The position numbers and the translations under genes were made by a program. A stretch of DNA of 34,260 bases from Alloascoidea hylecoeti (lineage: Eukaryota): contig BCKZ01000009.1 in NCBI GenBank assembly GCA_001600815.1, positions 708,194 through 742,453 on the forward strand, in the 5' to 3' direction. Below are positions 11,001-25,043 of this stretch, piece after piece. The notes beneath the pieces are model-generated. The model did no database searches. It saw nothing but the letters and a program-made list of their open reading frames with translations, and was not told where the DNA came from. How positions within the stretch are numbered: position 1 is the first letter of the stretch; each line of letters starts with the position of its first letter.

Positions 11001-14000
11001 ATGTAATGTAATTTCTCTTTTATGATTTGTTCCCCTTGGTGCATTAATTACTGCAAAATCAGTCTGATTAAAGCCAGAATTTGGTAATTCAATAGTCAAC
11101 ATTAAAACGTGTGATAATCGAACAACATGAATTTGACTACTTTTACCATTTGATAAAAATGAAGCCCAATCCTTTTTAAGATGTGTGTCATAAATTTTAT
11201 ATCTTAAATCAAATGGTAACGTATTTATAATTTCTAGTGGTGATGTAACAACCAATCTTAAATTTGGATAAATTGTTGATGAATAAGTTTCTGGTGTTAA
11301 ATTATTTGCAACATGGATTTGGAAATTAAATAATGTTTTATCATGCTTCGTTAGTGATGGACAAATTAATGGGATTGAATTAGTATCTTTCTCAATTTCT
11401 TTCCATTGAATTCCATCAACTGACCAATCAAAATTAATATCTCTTTTGGGCACTGGTTTCATAAAGATTTCGGAGGAATACACAAATTCAATCGGAACTG
11501 AGCGACTATCACCTGGGTTTATAATACATTCTCTTCGATAATCATCTTCAAATATATGAACTCCAATCATTATTGGAATTTGTGTTTCATTTGCTATTCT
11601 GAATGATGAACCCAAAGTAATTCTTTTAACATAATCTTCACCAAGATTAACTGTGCACAATAATCGATCATAATATTTATTATTCTTTTTGGGTTTTAAA
11701 GTGTATAATTCTTCGCCTTCTCCGGTAACAGAAATACCATTTATACTTGAATATTGTGTATCTAATAATTCAACGCCAAGAATAGTTCTTTGATTATCCG
11801 TATCTAATTTCTCACGGATTTCCCTCCAATCTTCAAATCTCCATGGTATTTCTTCATCATCTTCCAATTCAGTAAGGTTTAATCTACTATCTTGACCTTT
11901 TAAATCAATCCATATTTTAATTTTGAAACCGGTTTGGTTTCTAATTCGATATGGTGATTCTTCACCTCGTGGTTTCACCAAATCATCTGATGAATAATTC
12001 ATCTGTGAAATAATTTCAGAAAATAATGATAATGAATAAGAAGTTACCGTAACTTCAACATTTTTCCTTGATACTAAATCTAATGATAATGTTTCTTTAA
12101 TTCGTGAAACATGGGCACCAAGTGTCCAAGGTTCAATAAATGGTTCCCATGCAGATTTTGAATAGTTGAAAATATTAACAAACATTATTAAATCAGAATC
12201 AACTTCCAAATCATTCGACCAATTTTTAGCACCAACCGTGAAAGGTCTAACTCTCATATCAATCATTGGTAATTCATGTATTGTTCCAATTATAACTAAT
12301 CTCATACCTTGCATATCAGCACAAAAAGTTTCATCTTTAATTAATATTTCAGCATCTGGAATATCATCATTGTCAAGAATATTATTATTATTAGGATTTG
12401 AATTAACAGTGGATCCAACACTTGAAATACTTTTAGCATACCTAGCAACGCCATCTTTAAATCGACTTGGAAATGTTAATTGCTGCATCTGATTATCATC
12501 ATTTTCGGTATTATCATCATCATCATTATTATACAAATTAGTTACTTTTTGTAAAATCGAAAGTACCAATTGAATATCCCTGAAAGATAATCTTAAAACA
12601 AGTGGTTCAACAGCAATATTTATCTTTGTTAACAATTTAGTAGATGTTGAATTTCTTGTATCAATTAATGAAGAAAATGAAAAATCATCTAATAATCTTA
12701 ATCTTTGATCATTGAATGATTTCATTCTACACAAAAACATTCCAATATTATTTCCAGAAATATTTAAAACTTTTAAACTCGATAATAAAAATTGATCGAA
12801 TTTAAATACAATTGCTTCTGTATTTTCATCTTCTGGATTTGCCAATACTATAACAAATGCATCAACAACATTAATTGAATATGCTATATTTGATCCTTCT
12901 TCTTCATCATCATCACTAGATTCTTTTTGTTTGCTATTAGTAGTAGTAGACTTCTGTATTTGTAATTTGGAGGTGTTTGCTATAGATTCATTTTCTCCTG
13001 CTTTTGGTAAATCAGTCAATACTTTAGCAGTTGAATTCGTTTGTAATTGATCTGAAAATAAAGCAACATCAACAAATGATTTTAAACCAAATAAATAATC
13101 CAACACAAGATATGTACGAGGACTATCAACAGATAGTGAAAAATTCATTTTTCTATTTGGATCTTTACCTGTTGTTTTAATAGATGACATAAATTGATAA
13201 TTATCTTCATGTATTGGATGAACAATATCAGTAAATTTATTATCACCAATTCTCCTAACATCTTCAACAGTAAAAGATTTTGCTTGTATATCTGCTGAAT
13301 AATTCCCATCATCCTTCATTTGTAATTGAATTGATGTTTCATTAAGTGAAAAAAGTGAAAGACCCTTTTCACTTATATCAGATGTATTGGTAGTATCAAC
13401 AAATATTTTTAATGCAATTTTATTGGCAAGAAATTTAAAAGTTATTTTTGTATAATTTGGATCAATATCACCAGGAGTATTAGCTTCAATATTTAATTCA
13501 TTTCTTTTAACTTCTAAATCTTTTGAATCTTGAGATGGTGTTATGAAAACAAATGGGACTGTTTTTATTAAGGAAAGTAAATAACGAGCTTGGATTTCAG
13601 TTAAATTCATTTCAATATCAGGCATTGAACCTTTCATTACCATCATTGGTCTATTAAATTTTTTACCTTCATCAAAAGATGATAGTTTAAAATCCATATC
13701 TAATTTATCAATTATTTCAACATGTTGTTCAATATTATTTGGATAATTAAAAGTAGATGTTAATCTAGTTGAACGGAAGCCAAATTCCATTAAATTAATA
13801 AGACATTTATTGTTTTCAATATCATGATAAACATAATCATTTTTTGCATACATTTCACCAAGATGGGCAGTTATTTTATCATATTTTTCAGTTTCAATAT
13901 TGAATTTTGGAAAAACAACAATTGGAGATTTTATTAAAATATCAAATTTCATTTTTCCACCTTCTTCTTCAACTTGATTTAAAGAAATTCTTCTTGCTGA

Positions 14001-17000
14001 ATCAAAAATTGCTTTTAATTGCAATAAATTACTTAAAAAATTTAGTAATTTTTTATATGGTTCTTCAATAAAATTAAAACGAATTGATTCTGAATGAAAA
14101 TAAACCATTGTAAATAAATCTTCAGTTTTTGTATTTGCAGCATCCATTGTTTCATATCTAATATCTGCTAAATTATCACCTTCAATACTAATTAATTTTC
14201 TTAAAACTGAATCTCTATCAACACCTTCATTTACTTCATCATGAAGTGTTAAAGCACCAAGATTCATTTTAACTTTCATTGTTCCACCTGCTAATAAAAC
14301 ATCAACATCTGCACTACTTAATTTTATAGTAGCGAGTTTTATACCATCATCATTTAAAATTAATGTGATACTATTCATTTCGATCATAACATCAATTCTT
14401 TGAGGTAAATCACTATGTTCATCTGTTTCAATTAATTTTGGAGGTGCATCATTACTAACGAATGTTGTTAAACAAAAATCAATAATTGTTAAAATACTTG
14501 TTCTCGTTACAACTACCAATATATCAGAAATTTTCAAATCAACCGATTGATCAAATAATTCAATAATACCTTCTTCAGTTAGAGCCATTCTTTGTTTTCT
14601 TGTATAATGGACAGTAAATAATTTAAATTGATCATCATTTTCTTTATTAGTTATAAATGATTTATTAAGAGATGTGGCTAACATTCTAAATTCAGGTGGC
14701 ATTGTAGGATCAATAAAATCTTCAATTTCTAATGATTTTAAAGTCATATCAACTTCCATATCAGGACCAATTTTAGCAAATTCAAGTTCTAAATTAGAAG
14801 CTCTGAGATCAACTAATCTTGATTGTTTGAAAGTTTTTTTATCTGTACATTTATATAGAGATAGTTGTACTTCATCAACAGAAAAATTAAAAGCAAGTAA
14901 TTTTTGAATGATGGTTGATTTTGAAGTATTATTGGTATTTGTAGTAATTGCTGATTGTTGATCATCATCATGTTCATTTATACTTGTTTCATCACTTGAA
15001 TATGAATCATCAATTAAATCAGCAAGATTTAATTCATCACTGTTGGCATCTTTATTTCTTATTTCATTATCAAAATCATCAAAATCAGGAATAACAGAAG
15101 TTAATAATTGCATCATAACTTTATATTTAGCATCCGACATTGAAGCACAAAACCTAGGAACATTTGCTGATACTTTAAATCTTGGCAATTCCTTTGATGA
15201 AGGAACAATTGACAATTCAGCAAGAAAACTTATATTTAATCTATCAAGAACATAAGAAGATCTTTCATTTGATTGAATATCATGAGAATGTAATTCAGAA
15301 ACAGTACTTTTAATAGTTGGACCAATTAATATTTGAGTATCTTCTAAAGTAATATTAAATTGATCATACATTAAAGAATTTAATTTATTCCAATCTTCTT
15401 TATTAATTGAATTTTTTGAATTGATATCTTCTTTTAATTTTGGGTCAGCTAATTTACTAACAACATTAATATGACCGGAATCAATTATACCACAAGGAGA
15501 ATTCCAAGTTGTTGGATCAATTGGTAATATAAATAATGGAGCTTGTAAATCTAAATTTAAATCAATTGTTTGATGTTCCTGTAATGCATATTCAAGACCA
15601 ATTCTTGTTTGATTTTTAAAATCATCAATAGTTGCTTCTGTAACATTCATTATTGCATCAATTGTTTCTTGATGAGATTTTAATGGCTTAAAGAATTTAT
15701 AAACTTCTTTTATATAACTAATATGATAAAAAACTGTTATACTTTTCATTTTTGAAAATAATGAATAATTTGCTATCGAATTCATTGGATTTTTTTCAAA
15801 TGATGCATAAAAAAAGGGTTCTTCATTGATACTTGATGATGATGATTTCGTTGGATCATGCATATCAGAATGAATTGATTTAACACTAACAACATGTGGA
15901 TAAATTGAATTTTCAGTACCATCTTCAACTCTGAATTCTTGTAAACTACATTCTGATAGAAAAGAATCAGGACGTTGTTTAAAAAAAGCTTTAAAATCAT
16001 CAAATACCAATTCAGTTATAAAAGCATTATTACTATTTGTTGGTGATAATGATGATGATTTTTTTAATTTAAAACTACCACGGGATAAAGATAAAATCAT
16101 ATTAAATATAACACGATCTTTCGGTAAATCAACAGATTCAATTAATGCTTGTTCATCAAAATCAATTGCTTCAAATAATTCTTTTCTTTGTTCTTCAGAT
16201 AATGTTTCATTTTCAGTTGCAATTGATTTTTCATTATTTTCTCCAGTTTCTGAATCAGTGATTGAATTTGAATCATCTTTTGTTCCCCATATCCAACTTG
16301 ACCAACTTGAATTTTGTTGAATTTGTTGTACTCTTGGTTGTAATAATTTTTCTTTTTTTAATTCAGCTCTTGTTAATGATCTATAAAATCTAATATCTTC
16401 AAAATCTAAAATCTTTTCGAGATTTTCAAATGATTTCTTTTCATCAATTGTCATTGATTTTTCATCAACATATTTTTTTTTATAAATTTTAATATATTCT
16501 TTTCTATTATCTCTTCTTTTTTTAAAAAATTCCCACGTCCATTTATATCTTGTCTCATGAACTTTATTTAATATAACTTTTATTGTATATAACATCCAAG
16601 CTTTTGGATCTTCATTGGGTTTAACACTTGGTCTAAATTTTCTAAATTTTTTGATTTTTTGATATAAATGAAATTGATTTGCCATCCATAAAGCATCTCT
16701 ATATTGATTTGAATCTAATTCAATGTCGATTACACCAAATGATAAATTTGTACTTGTTTTGGGGTTTTCCGGTGTTGAGCCTGCTTTATTTAGAGTAATT
16801 TTACCAATACCAGAAACAGGATTCACAATATATTGAATTTCGTTATCATTTGAATTATCATTTGATATTGAACTTGAACTTGAATTTGAAATATATTCTC
16901 TGAAAACTTGCAACATTTCTTCAGGAGTTTCAATATTTTGTTTTAAAGATTTAGTATCAGTATTCCAATAAATACTAAATTCAGTTAATGTTATTAATTT

Positions 17001-17743
17001 AAAAGTTAATGCTTTACTAATTTGTATAAAACTAGTTTCCCATGAATCATTTGTACTAACAGCAGATAATTCTTTTAATATTATACCAATTGCAAAAGGA
17101 TTTGGAGTTAAATTTGAGAATTCTTCAAATCTAATATGAATATTTTTAATTTGAATTTGTAAATTATCAATAATTTTTGTAATTAATGTTGTTTGGAAAT
17201 TTTCATTTGCTAAATCATTCGAATGGTTTTCAGAATATGTAGCAGATTCTTGATTTTTTGTAATTATATCTAAAGTTGCTAAATTTTCCTGTTTTACAGC
17301 TTGTGCCCTTCTTTCTTCTTCTTCAGAATTATACCTTTCATCGTTAGTTGGTTCGATCAATAAATAAACGTCTTCGACAATCACTTTCACGGGCTCATTT
17401 CGTAGATTTGACCATGGTATTTGTAAAGTGAGTTGACCCAAATAACCCGAATGAACATTAATTGGCAATTCCAATTTATCAAGGGCTTCTTTTTTCAAAG
17501 ATAGATTTCGTAATTTAACATCACCGGACCATATTCCGATGTTGAGTTGTTTTGGATCGAAGTTTTGTACCTAATAATAATATAGTATTAGGGGCAAATG
17601 CTAGAATGTGGTTGTTAAGGGTTGAGATGTCGACATACATAAGAGCCCTAATAAGATGTTAGTGAATGGAAATTGCCATAATAAACAAACATTTAACATA
17701 CTAAAACCCGATTGAGTAGAGACGCTACGATACTTTCCAGCAT
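8001..17743 (-). CDS. VPS13: Vacuolar protein sorting 13 bridge-like lipid transfer protein, about 3206 aa; exons 17743-17702, 17647-17639, 17570-8001
   Basis: Spliced N-terminus [37 protein letters not shown], chorein motifs LQIPWSNL and KIIDNLQIQIKNIHIRFE, and C-terminal GSADFIGNPVGLF and GFFKGLGKG. Both introns are GTATGT..AG. Confidence 0.97.
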
Positions 17744-18000
17744 TTATATGAGTTTTTAGTATTATTTAAGAAGATTTGCTATCAAACATGGAAACAGTTG
17801 TTGGGATGTTGCCTCATTGTTCTTATCCAACGCAGAATGCCACGAATTATGAGTGTGTCAGCTGACCATTAATATTTTCAATTTTGCCTAATTAATTTGT
17901 TTATCAATCCGAATTATCTCCATCTGATGTGCTAATGCACTTTGGTTTTTGAACTTTCTACTTACACGGTGATATACACCCATCTTTTAATCAACACCAA

Positions 18001-19439
18001 ATGTCAGATCAACAATCCAATGACAAGCCATTATGGTCTCAATTTCGTTCTCAATCTTGGAAATCCCGTACAAAAATAAGCAACTCGAATAACAATAGCG
18101 CCGATGGTGGTAGATATACAAATGCTCAGAACAAACACAAAAAGAACCATAACTTATCAGTTACTTCATCTGGCATGAAAAAGACAACTAAAAACTTCAA
18201 TACTGAAGAGAATTTTATTGGATTGGTTAGTCGTGGTGAAGACAGTTGGTATGTTATTTATTATTTATTATTTATTATTAATTATCACGATAATGGCTAA
18301 TTGTGCTCTAAAGTCTAAAACTTGACGAAAATGAAAGAGAGCGTTTCTTCAAAGAGATTCAAAAACAGGTAATTTCTTTCAATCTTATATCGAATAATAG
18401 TGATCTAATCTTTTTGTTACTCTTATAGTTCATTTTATATGTTCACTCAATAGTAGATGATGATATTGAGACATTACTAGATGGTGATCCTCTTCTAAAA
18501 TCCATTCATGGAATACCTTTAAACGTAACAATTACACAACCTCAATTACTTGATCATGTTACTAAGAAACCAATTATTACACTAGATCATTTATTCATGA
18601 ATCTAAGTAAGTAACTAATTATTTATAAATAAGTTAACAAAATATGTTTTATTAATTTTCATCATATAGGAAAATTAAGGGAAGTATTAATTAGTTCAAA
18701 ATTTACTTTATTTTCAAAAGAAGTCTTTTTATTTTCAATGCGTTTATCTGCAGTTTATGGCAATTATCAAAATTATATTCCAAGTATAAAGTATTTATTG
18801 ACTAATTCAAAATTCGAAACCAAAAACAATATTATTACCAATAACAATATTCTAAATATAACACATTTAATGAATAATTTAAAATTCAATGTCAATGAAG
18901 ATAACAAATTCATACAAATTGTTGATAGTCATAATAATTTAATATCAAATGATGAATTAATTGAAATTATTACAATATATGTTATACATTTAATTCATTT
19001 CAATAACAATGATAATGTTAATGATAATGATAATATATTAGAATCATTAATGATTTTAAACTATTATAAAGATATTCTTAAATTTAATAATGATCATTAT
19101 GAAAAACTTTGGATTATTTTAAAATCTTGGATAGATAAAGATTATTATAATTGGTTTACAATTTATAAAAGTTATGCTTATACTAATGAAACTAATGTAA
19201 TTAATGAAAATAACAAATTTTCTTATTCATATTCAATTTTTAAAATTATGGACTTTGGTAAAAAAAAAATGGCATTAGAAGCATTAAGTAAGATTGGTTC
19301 CTCATATTTCTTTATAAATAAAAGTTATTTGGAAGATTTAATTGATTATAAATGGAGTCAGATAGTTGATGATTTAAATTGTAAATGGAGGGATGATGGT
19401 GTTGTTATAACTATTAGGGAAAGGAAGTCTAAGAAATGA
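18001..19439 (+). CDS. Conserved fungal protein, probable SAC3/THP3- or CSN8/PSMD8/eIF3K-type PCI domain; exons 18001-18248, 18314-18368, 18429-18606, 18670-19439 (416 aa)
   Basis: Three GT-AG introns join the two ORFs in frame. Motifs GLVSRGED, LFMNLRKLREVL, FSKEVFLFS.RL...GNYQNYIPSIKYLL, and a winged-helix-like C-terminus IGSSYFFINKSYLE...CKWRDDG. The family call is tentative. Confidence 0.7.
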
Positions 19440-20206
19440 ACTTCATATGGATCCTAAATAAAATTACAAACCACTTTTAATTTTAGAAAAGTTTGGGAAT
19501 TCATTCGTGATGAATAACCAGGAATTCATAGCTAGATTAATACAAATCAATTACATAAATATTTAAACTTACAGGTGAAGATAATAATTGTTACACTTCA
19601 TTTATAAACCGTGGTGGTATCTTCGTTTTTCCACTCCTAAAATGCCATAATTCAGAAATACATATTTACTCATATATATGTGTGTGTAAGACTGATTTTA
19701 ATTATAAAAATTGTAGAAAGATTCTAGATGGAGATGTCACACCAGATCCAGAGACTTCACAGAAACCGATGGGATCAGGATGTGTACTACATACATCTAT
19801 TCGAAACGAATTTGAGCTCCCCGATCGCAAGATTGCTATTCTGCCCATGCCCCTCATGCAACTAAAAAGACAAATATCCTCTATTCTAAATACAGAACCC
19901 CATAGAAATAAGCTGATAAAGATACCTAGGTTCAAAAGGCACCTGATTTTGGCAAAGATTTTAGAGATAAGTTAATATCCATACAAAATGAGATTCTTAT
20001 TCTCAAAGCTGGTGATATCATGGCGTATTTGGAAAAGGAGGAAATTGAAGTAATGGAATGGGTTACAAATACATATAAGACGCAAGTCAGTTAATGATTT
20101 GAGCTTTAAATATGAGGAATTTACGATAAAAGTTATAAATATAGAACAAAATTTTTAAAGCTTTCAATTGCCGTTACAAACAGTTAATTATGTATAAATA
20201 ATATAT

Positions 20207-22394
20207 TTATTTAGATGGATCTTCTTCAAATCTTAAATCCCATCCAATTTTTGGTCCTAAAGTTGGTAAAACTTCAGCTACACTTTGAACATCCTTATCA
20301 CCTCTACCACTTAAACAAATAACAATATTTTGTTCAGGCTTTAAAGTTTTTGCTAATTGAATTGCTCCATAAACAGCATGAGATGATTCTAAAGCTGGAA
20401 TAATACCTTCTAATTGTGATAATAATTTAAAACCTTGTAAAGCTTGAGCATCAGTTGCTGCTATAAAAGTAGCACGACCATTGGCTTTCCATGATGCTAA
20501 TTCAGGTCCAACACCTGGGTAATCTAATCCAGCTGAAACAGAATGAGTGTCTTGAATTTGTCCATCTTGGTTTTGTAAAACATAGGTTTTAACACCATGT
20601 AAAACTCCGGCATGACCAGCAGTTAATGTAGCACTATGTCTTGGAGTATCGATACCATCACCACCTGCTTCAACACCAAATAATTGAACAGATTTATCAT
20701 TTTCAAAAGGTGAAAACATACCAGATGAATTACTACCACCACCAACACATGCAACAACTGCATCTGGTAATTTCCCATCATTTAATGCTTTAAATTGTTC
20801 CTTGGTTTCATTACCAATTACACTTTGGAAAGTTCTTACCAATGTTGGATATGGATGTGGGCCAATAGCACTTCCAACAACATAATGAGTTGTTGAAAGA
20901 TTGGGTACCCAAAATCTAAAAGCTTCACTTGTTGCATCACGTAAAGTTTGTGTACCATTCTTAACAGCAACAACATTTGCTCCTAATAATTTCATTCTGA
21001 AAACATTTAAAGCTTGTCTTCTAACATCTTCAGCACCCATAAATACGGTACATTCTAATCCAAATTTAGCAGCAGCAGTCGCAGTTGCAACACCATGTTG
21101 TCCAGCACCAGTTTCAGCAATAACTTTTTTTTTACCTAATCTTTTAGCTAATAAAACTTGTGCTAGAGCATTATTGATTTTATGTGATCCTGTATGATTT
21201 AAATCTTCACGTTTTAACCAGATTTTTGCACCTCCTGCATATTCAGTTAATCTTGGAGCTTCGTGTAATGAGGAAGGACGACCAATATAAGAATATAATG
21301 ATTTAAATTCAGCCCAAAATGAAGGATCATTGACAGCATCTTCAAACCCACGTTCTAATTCCAAAAGACATGAGTGTAAAGCTTCAGGTACATATTGTCC
21401 ACCAAATTGTCCAAATCTTGGATTGAATTGATGTTTTTCTCCATCATTTTCAGATTCAATGTTGATTTGATTTTTCTCTTCTGATGAATTTAAAATAGAA
21501 GATGCAGCTTCGGGATGAGCAGGTGTTTGTTCTTTGGCTTCATCACCAGTGCCATGAACAATTGAAGAAACATAATCTTTAACTGCTTCCCCTCTCTTAC
21601 CAGCAGGTGAATTTTCTAAAACTGAGATGATTTTAGATCCGATAACAACACCATCGGCAGCAGAGCCAACAGTCAAGAAATGTTGTCTTGTACTAACCCC
21701 AAATCCAACAGCCAATGGGATATCACCACTAAAAGTTCTAATATGATCACATAATTCAGTAACAGTTGCGGAAACTTCTTGTGAAGCACCGGTTGTACCC
21801 ATTCGTGAAACCACATATATAAAAGAGTCAGCAATACTTGATAAAACTTTTAATCTAGAATCACTTGTAGAAGGAGCTACCAATGGAATATAACTAAGAC
21901 CTGATTTCGTTGCATAAGTTCTAAATTGAATAGCTTCTTCTGGTGGTAAATCAACGACAATAAACCCATTTGCTCCGGCATCTTTTGAATCTTGGATCAT
22001 TTTTTGTTCTCCATATTGTAGAATTGGATTATAATAACCCATTAAAATAATTGGAATAGTAACACCTGCTGATCTTGCCTTTTTAACTAGTTCAAGAGAT
22101 AACGAAACAGATATACCATTTTCTAAAGCTACAACATTTGCTTTTTGGATTGTTGGACCATCAGCAATTGGATCAGAAAACGGAACACCAAGCTCAATTA
22201 CTTCAGCACCACCTTGCTGTAATCCAAGCAAAGTAGGAACGGTATCTTCGATGGTTGGGTACCCAGCAGTAACAAAAGTTACAAGAGCTCTTCGGCCTGA
22301 AAAATATTAGATTCCGCTTCAGGCAATCGGTTTATAAAGCAAACATACCCTCTTTTTTACACTTTGAAAACACTTCTTTTAACTGAGCAGACAT
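20207..22394 (-). CDS. TRP5: Tryptophan synthase (fused alpha/beta), exons 22394-22349 and 22296-20207, 711 aa
   Basis: [41 protein letters not shown] (PLP lysine), [23 protein letters not shown]. 52-nt GTATGT..CTAAT..CAG intron. Confidence 0.98.
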
Positions 22395-22443
22395 TATTTG
22401 TGAGAATAGATGAAAAATAGTAAAAGAGAAGATTTATCCACTA

Positions 22444-22475
22444 TTTTATATCAGTAGTAACAGTAATATGACTCA
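22444..22475 (-). promoter_or_regulatory. TATA box (22444-22450) and Gcn4/CpcA site TGACTCA (22469-22475) upstream of TRP5
   Basis: Exact TATAAAA on the minus strand and ATGACTCA. TRP5 is a known general amino acid control target. Confidence 0.7.
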
Positions 22476-22547
22476 AGTTATGATATTTACCCGGATTTTT
22501 CACTGGATCTGTTTATCATCTTCTTACATCATAAAATCTGTCCTTAA

Positions 22548-25043
22548 ATGTTGGCAATGTTTAGTTTATTTGCCTTATTTTTCTCATTTGCCTTGTTTGT
22601 GGTTAGTTCGGCTGATAAATTAGATAATATTCTATACAATGAGTATTCAAGAGCGTCCAATGCTTCCTTATTATGGGGTCCTTATAGGCCAAACGTCTAT
22701 CTTGGAATACGACCAAGAATCCCGTTATCTTTAATATCAGGTTTTGTATGGTTCAATGCTGATGATCTATCAGGGATTTCAAATGCAAGACATTTTTGTA
22801 ATCAACATGATGATTTAAACTCATTTGGGTGGACGAATTATGATCCAAGAATTGGTGGAACTGAATTTATCAGTGATAATAATGCTAAACTTAATCTAAC
22901 TTTTAATTTTATAAAAACTCCAAATGGGAAAAATTGGGGTGTTAAGGTTAAAGGTGTTCCATTTAATAATGATAAAAATACTATATCTAGTATTGTTTTT
23001 TATACTGGTTTACAAGGTGCTGGAGAAATATCATTATCGAATAAGCCAGAAGATAAAGGTTATACTAGACCAATTCATATAAAAGGATCAACACCTGAAT
23101 TAGGTCAATTTCATTTAACAGTTACAAATGGTCCAAAAACTAATGTTCATCCTATATCTCGTCATCCAATTGAAAAGCTTCTAACAAGTACGAAAACTCA
23201 TCATATGAGTTTAAAAATTCCTGATGAATTTTTATGGAAAGCCAAAGATGTTTTTTATACTTTAGTACAACAATCAGCAGAAAAATTAGGAGAATCATAT
23301 CAAAAAGAAAATGTTGAAATGGCTCCAGCTCATAATATTTTCACTTTAAGAAATTTAGAAGGTTATACAGGTAATTTACATTTTGTTCAAAAAACATTCA
23401 AAGGGGAATTTGAATTTGATGTGTTGTACAATACAATTGGTGATGAAAGTGAAGATGAAAAATTAGATGATAAGAAATTATCTAAACTTTCTGAAATTGC
23501 TTTAGAAAAATTCAAACAGAAATTTGATTTAAAATTTGATTTAAAGTATCCTTATAATAATGATGAACATAAACGTTTCGGTCAAGAATTATTATCCAAT
23601 CTTATGGGAGGTGTAGGATACTTTTACGGAGATTCAATCGTTGATAGAACACATGAAAATGATTATGATGAATATGAAGATGAAGAAGATGAAGAATACA
23701 ATAGTATTACTAATAATGAAAAGAAAAAACCAACAGTTGAACCTCCTCATGAGTTATATTCTTCTGTACCAAGTAGACCTTTTTTTCCAAGAGGTTTTTA
23801 TTGGGATGAAGGGTTTCATTTAATTCCAATACTTGAATATGATCTTGATCAAACATTAGAAATTTTAAGAAGTTGGTTTTCTTTAATTGATAATAATGGT
23901 TGGATTGCAAGAGAACAAATTTTAGGTCCTGAAGCTAGGAATTTTGTACCTGAAGAATTTCAAACACAATATCCTCATATTGCAAATCCTCCTACTTTAA
24001 TGATTGTTTTTACTTCATTATTAGAAAAGGCTAAAGAACAAGAATTAAAATTAAAAGAACAACAACAAATAAATGAAGATTTCATTAATTTAAATGATGA
24101 TATTTTAAATCAATTTAAACATTTTAAATATGAAGATTTAGGTGAAGCTCATATGAAATATCCAAGTTTATTAGTTAATTACGCACATGAGATATATCCT
24201 AAACTTCAAAAGCATTACGAATGGTTTAGACAAAGTCAAGCAGGTGAAATAACAGAATGGGATCGTGAAGCTTATTCAAATAAAGAAGGGTATAGATGGA
24301 GAGGAAGAACTGAAACTCATTGTCTTGCAAGTGGTCTTGATGATTATCCTCGTGCCCCTGATCCAAATGAAGCAGAACTTCATGTTGATTTATTATCTTG
24401 GATTGGTGTTATGACAAGATCAATGAGGCAGATTGCACAATTATTAGAAAAAGAAGAAGATGAAAATAATTATAAAGATATTGAATACTCCATTCAAAGA
24501 AATCTAGATGATTTACATTGGAGTGAAAAGGATAAAACATATTGTGATTTAACATTAAATGATGAAGATGAAACTGAATTTGAATGTCATAAAGGTTATA
24601 TTTCAATTATGCCTTTTTTACTTGAATTATTAGCAATTGATTCACCACATATAAAGCCATTAATCGAAACAATTAGCAACCCAGAAGAATTATTTAGTCC
24701 ATATGGTATTCGAAGTTTATCTAAATCAGATGAATATTTCAGAACAGCCGAAAATTATTGGAGATCACCAATATGGATAAACATGAATTATTTAGCACTT
24801 AAATCATTAAAATATTATGGAGAAGGATCTTCTGATGAAGAAGTTCAAAAATTGGCAGCCGAGACGTATAAACAATTAAGAAATAATATAGTTGATAATG
24901 TTTATAATCAATGGATTAATACAGGATTTGCTTACGAACAATATGATGAATCAACTGGGAAGGGACAAGGTGTTCGGCATTTCTTAGGATGGACTTCCTT
25001 AGTTATTATGATTATGGGTATGGAACCAAACCTAACCATTTAA
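22548..25043 (+). CDS. CWH41: Mannosyl-oligosaccharide glucosidase I (GH63)
   Basis: N-terminal hydrophobic anchor, SLLWGPYRP, VPSRPFFPRGFYWDEGFH, GWIAREQILG, ANPP, CLASGLDDYPR, YWRSPIWINMNYL, YEQYD..TGKG...HFLGWT. Confidence 0.97.
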   Translation: MLAMFSLFALFFSFALFVVSSADKLDNILYNEYSRASNASLLWGPYRPNVYLGIRPRIPLSLISGFVWFNADDLSGISNARHFCNQHDDLNSFGWTNYDPRIGGTEFISDNNAKLNLTFNFIKTPNGKNWGVKVKGVPFNNDKNTISSIVFYTGLQGAGEISLSNKPEDKGYTRPIHIKGSTPELGQFHLTVTNGPKTNVHPISRHPIEKLLTSTKTHHMSLKIPDEFLWKAKDVFYTLVQQSAEKLGESYQKENVEMAPAHNIFTLRNLEGYTGNLHFVQKTFKGEFEFDVLYNTIGDESEDEKLDDKKLSKLSEIALEKFKQKFDLKFDLKYPYNNDEHKRFGQELLSNLMGGVGYFYGDSIVDRTHENDYDEYEDEEDEEYNSITNNEKKKPTVEPPHELYSSVPSRPFFPRGFYWDEGFHLIPILEYDLDQTLEILRSWFSLIDNNGWIAREQILGPEARNFVPEEFQTQYPHIANPPTLMIVFTSLLEKAKEQELKLKEQQQINEDFINLNDDILNQFKHFKYEDLGEAHMKYPSLLVNYAHEIYPKLQKHYEWFRQSQAGEITEWDREAYSNKEGYRWRGRTETHCLASGLDDYPRAPDPNEAELHVDLLSWIGVMTRSMRQIAQLLEKEEDENNYKDIEYSIQRNLDDLHWSEKDKTYCDLTLNDEDETEFECHKGYISIMPFLLELLAIDSPHIKPLIETISNPEELFSPYGIRSLSKSDEYFRTAENYWRSPIWINMNYLALKSLKYYGEGSSDEEVQKLAAETYKQLRNNIVDNVYNQWINTGFAYEQYDESTGKGQGVRHFLGWTSLVIMIMGMEPNLTI

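Noticed and set aside
8344..16003. Short ORFs within VPS13
   Set aside because: Antisense or alternate-frame shadows with no recognisable motifs.
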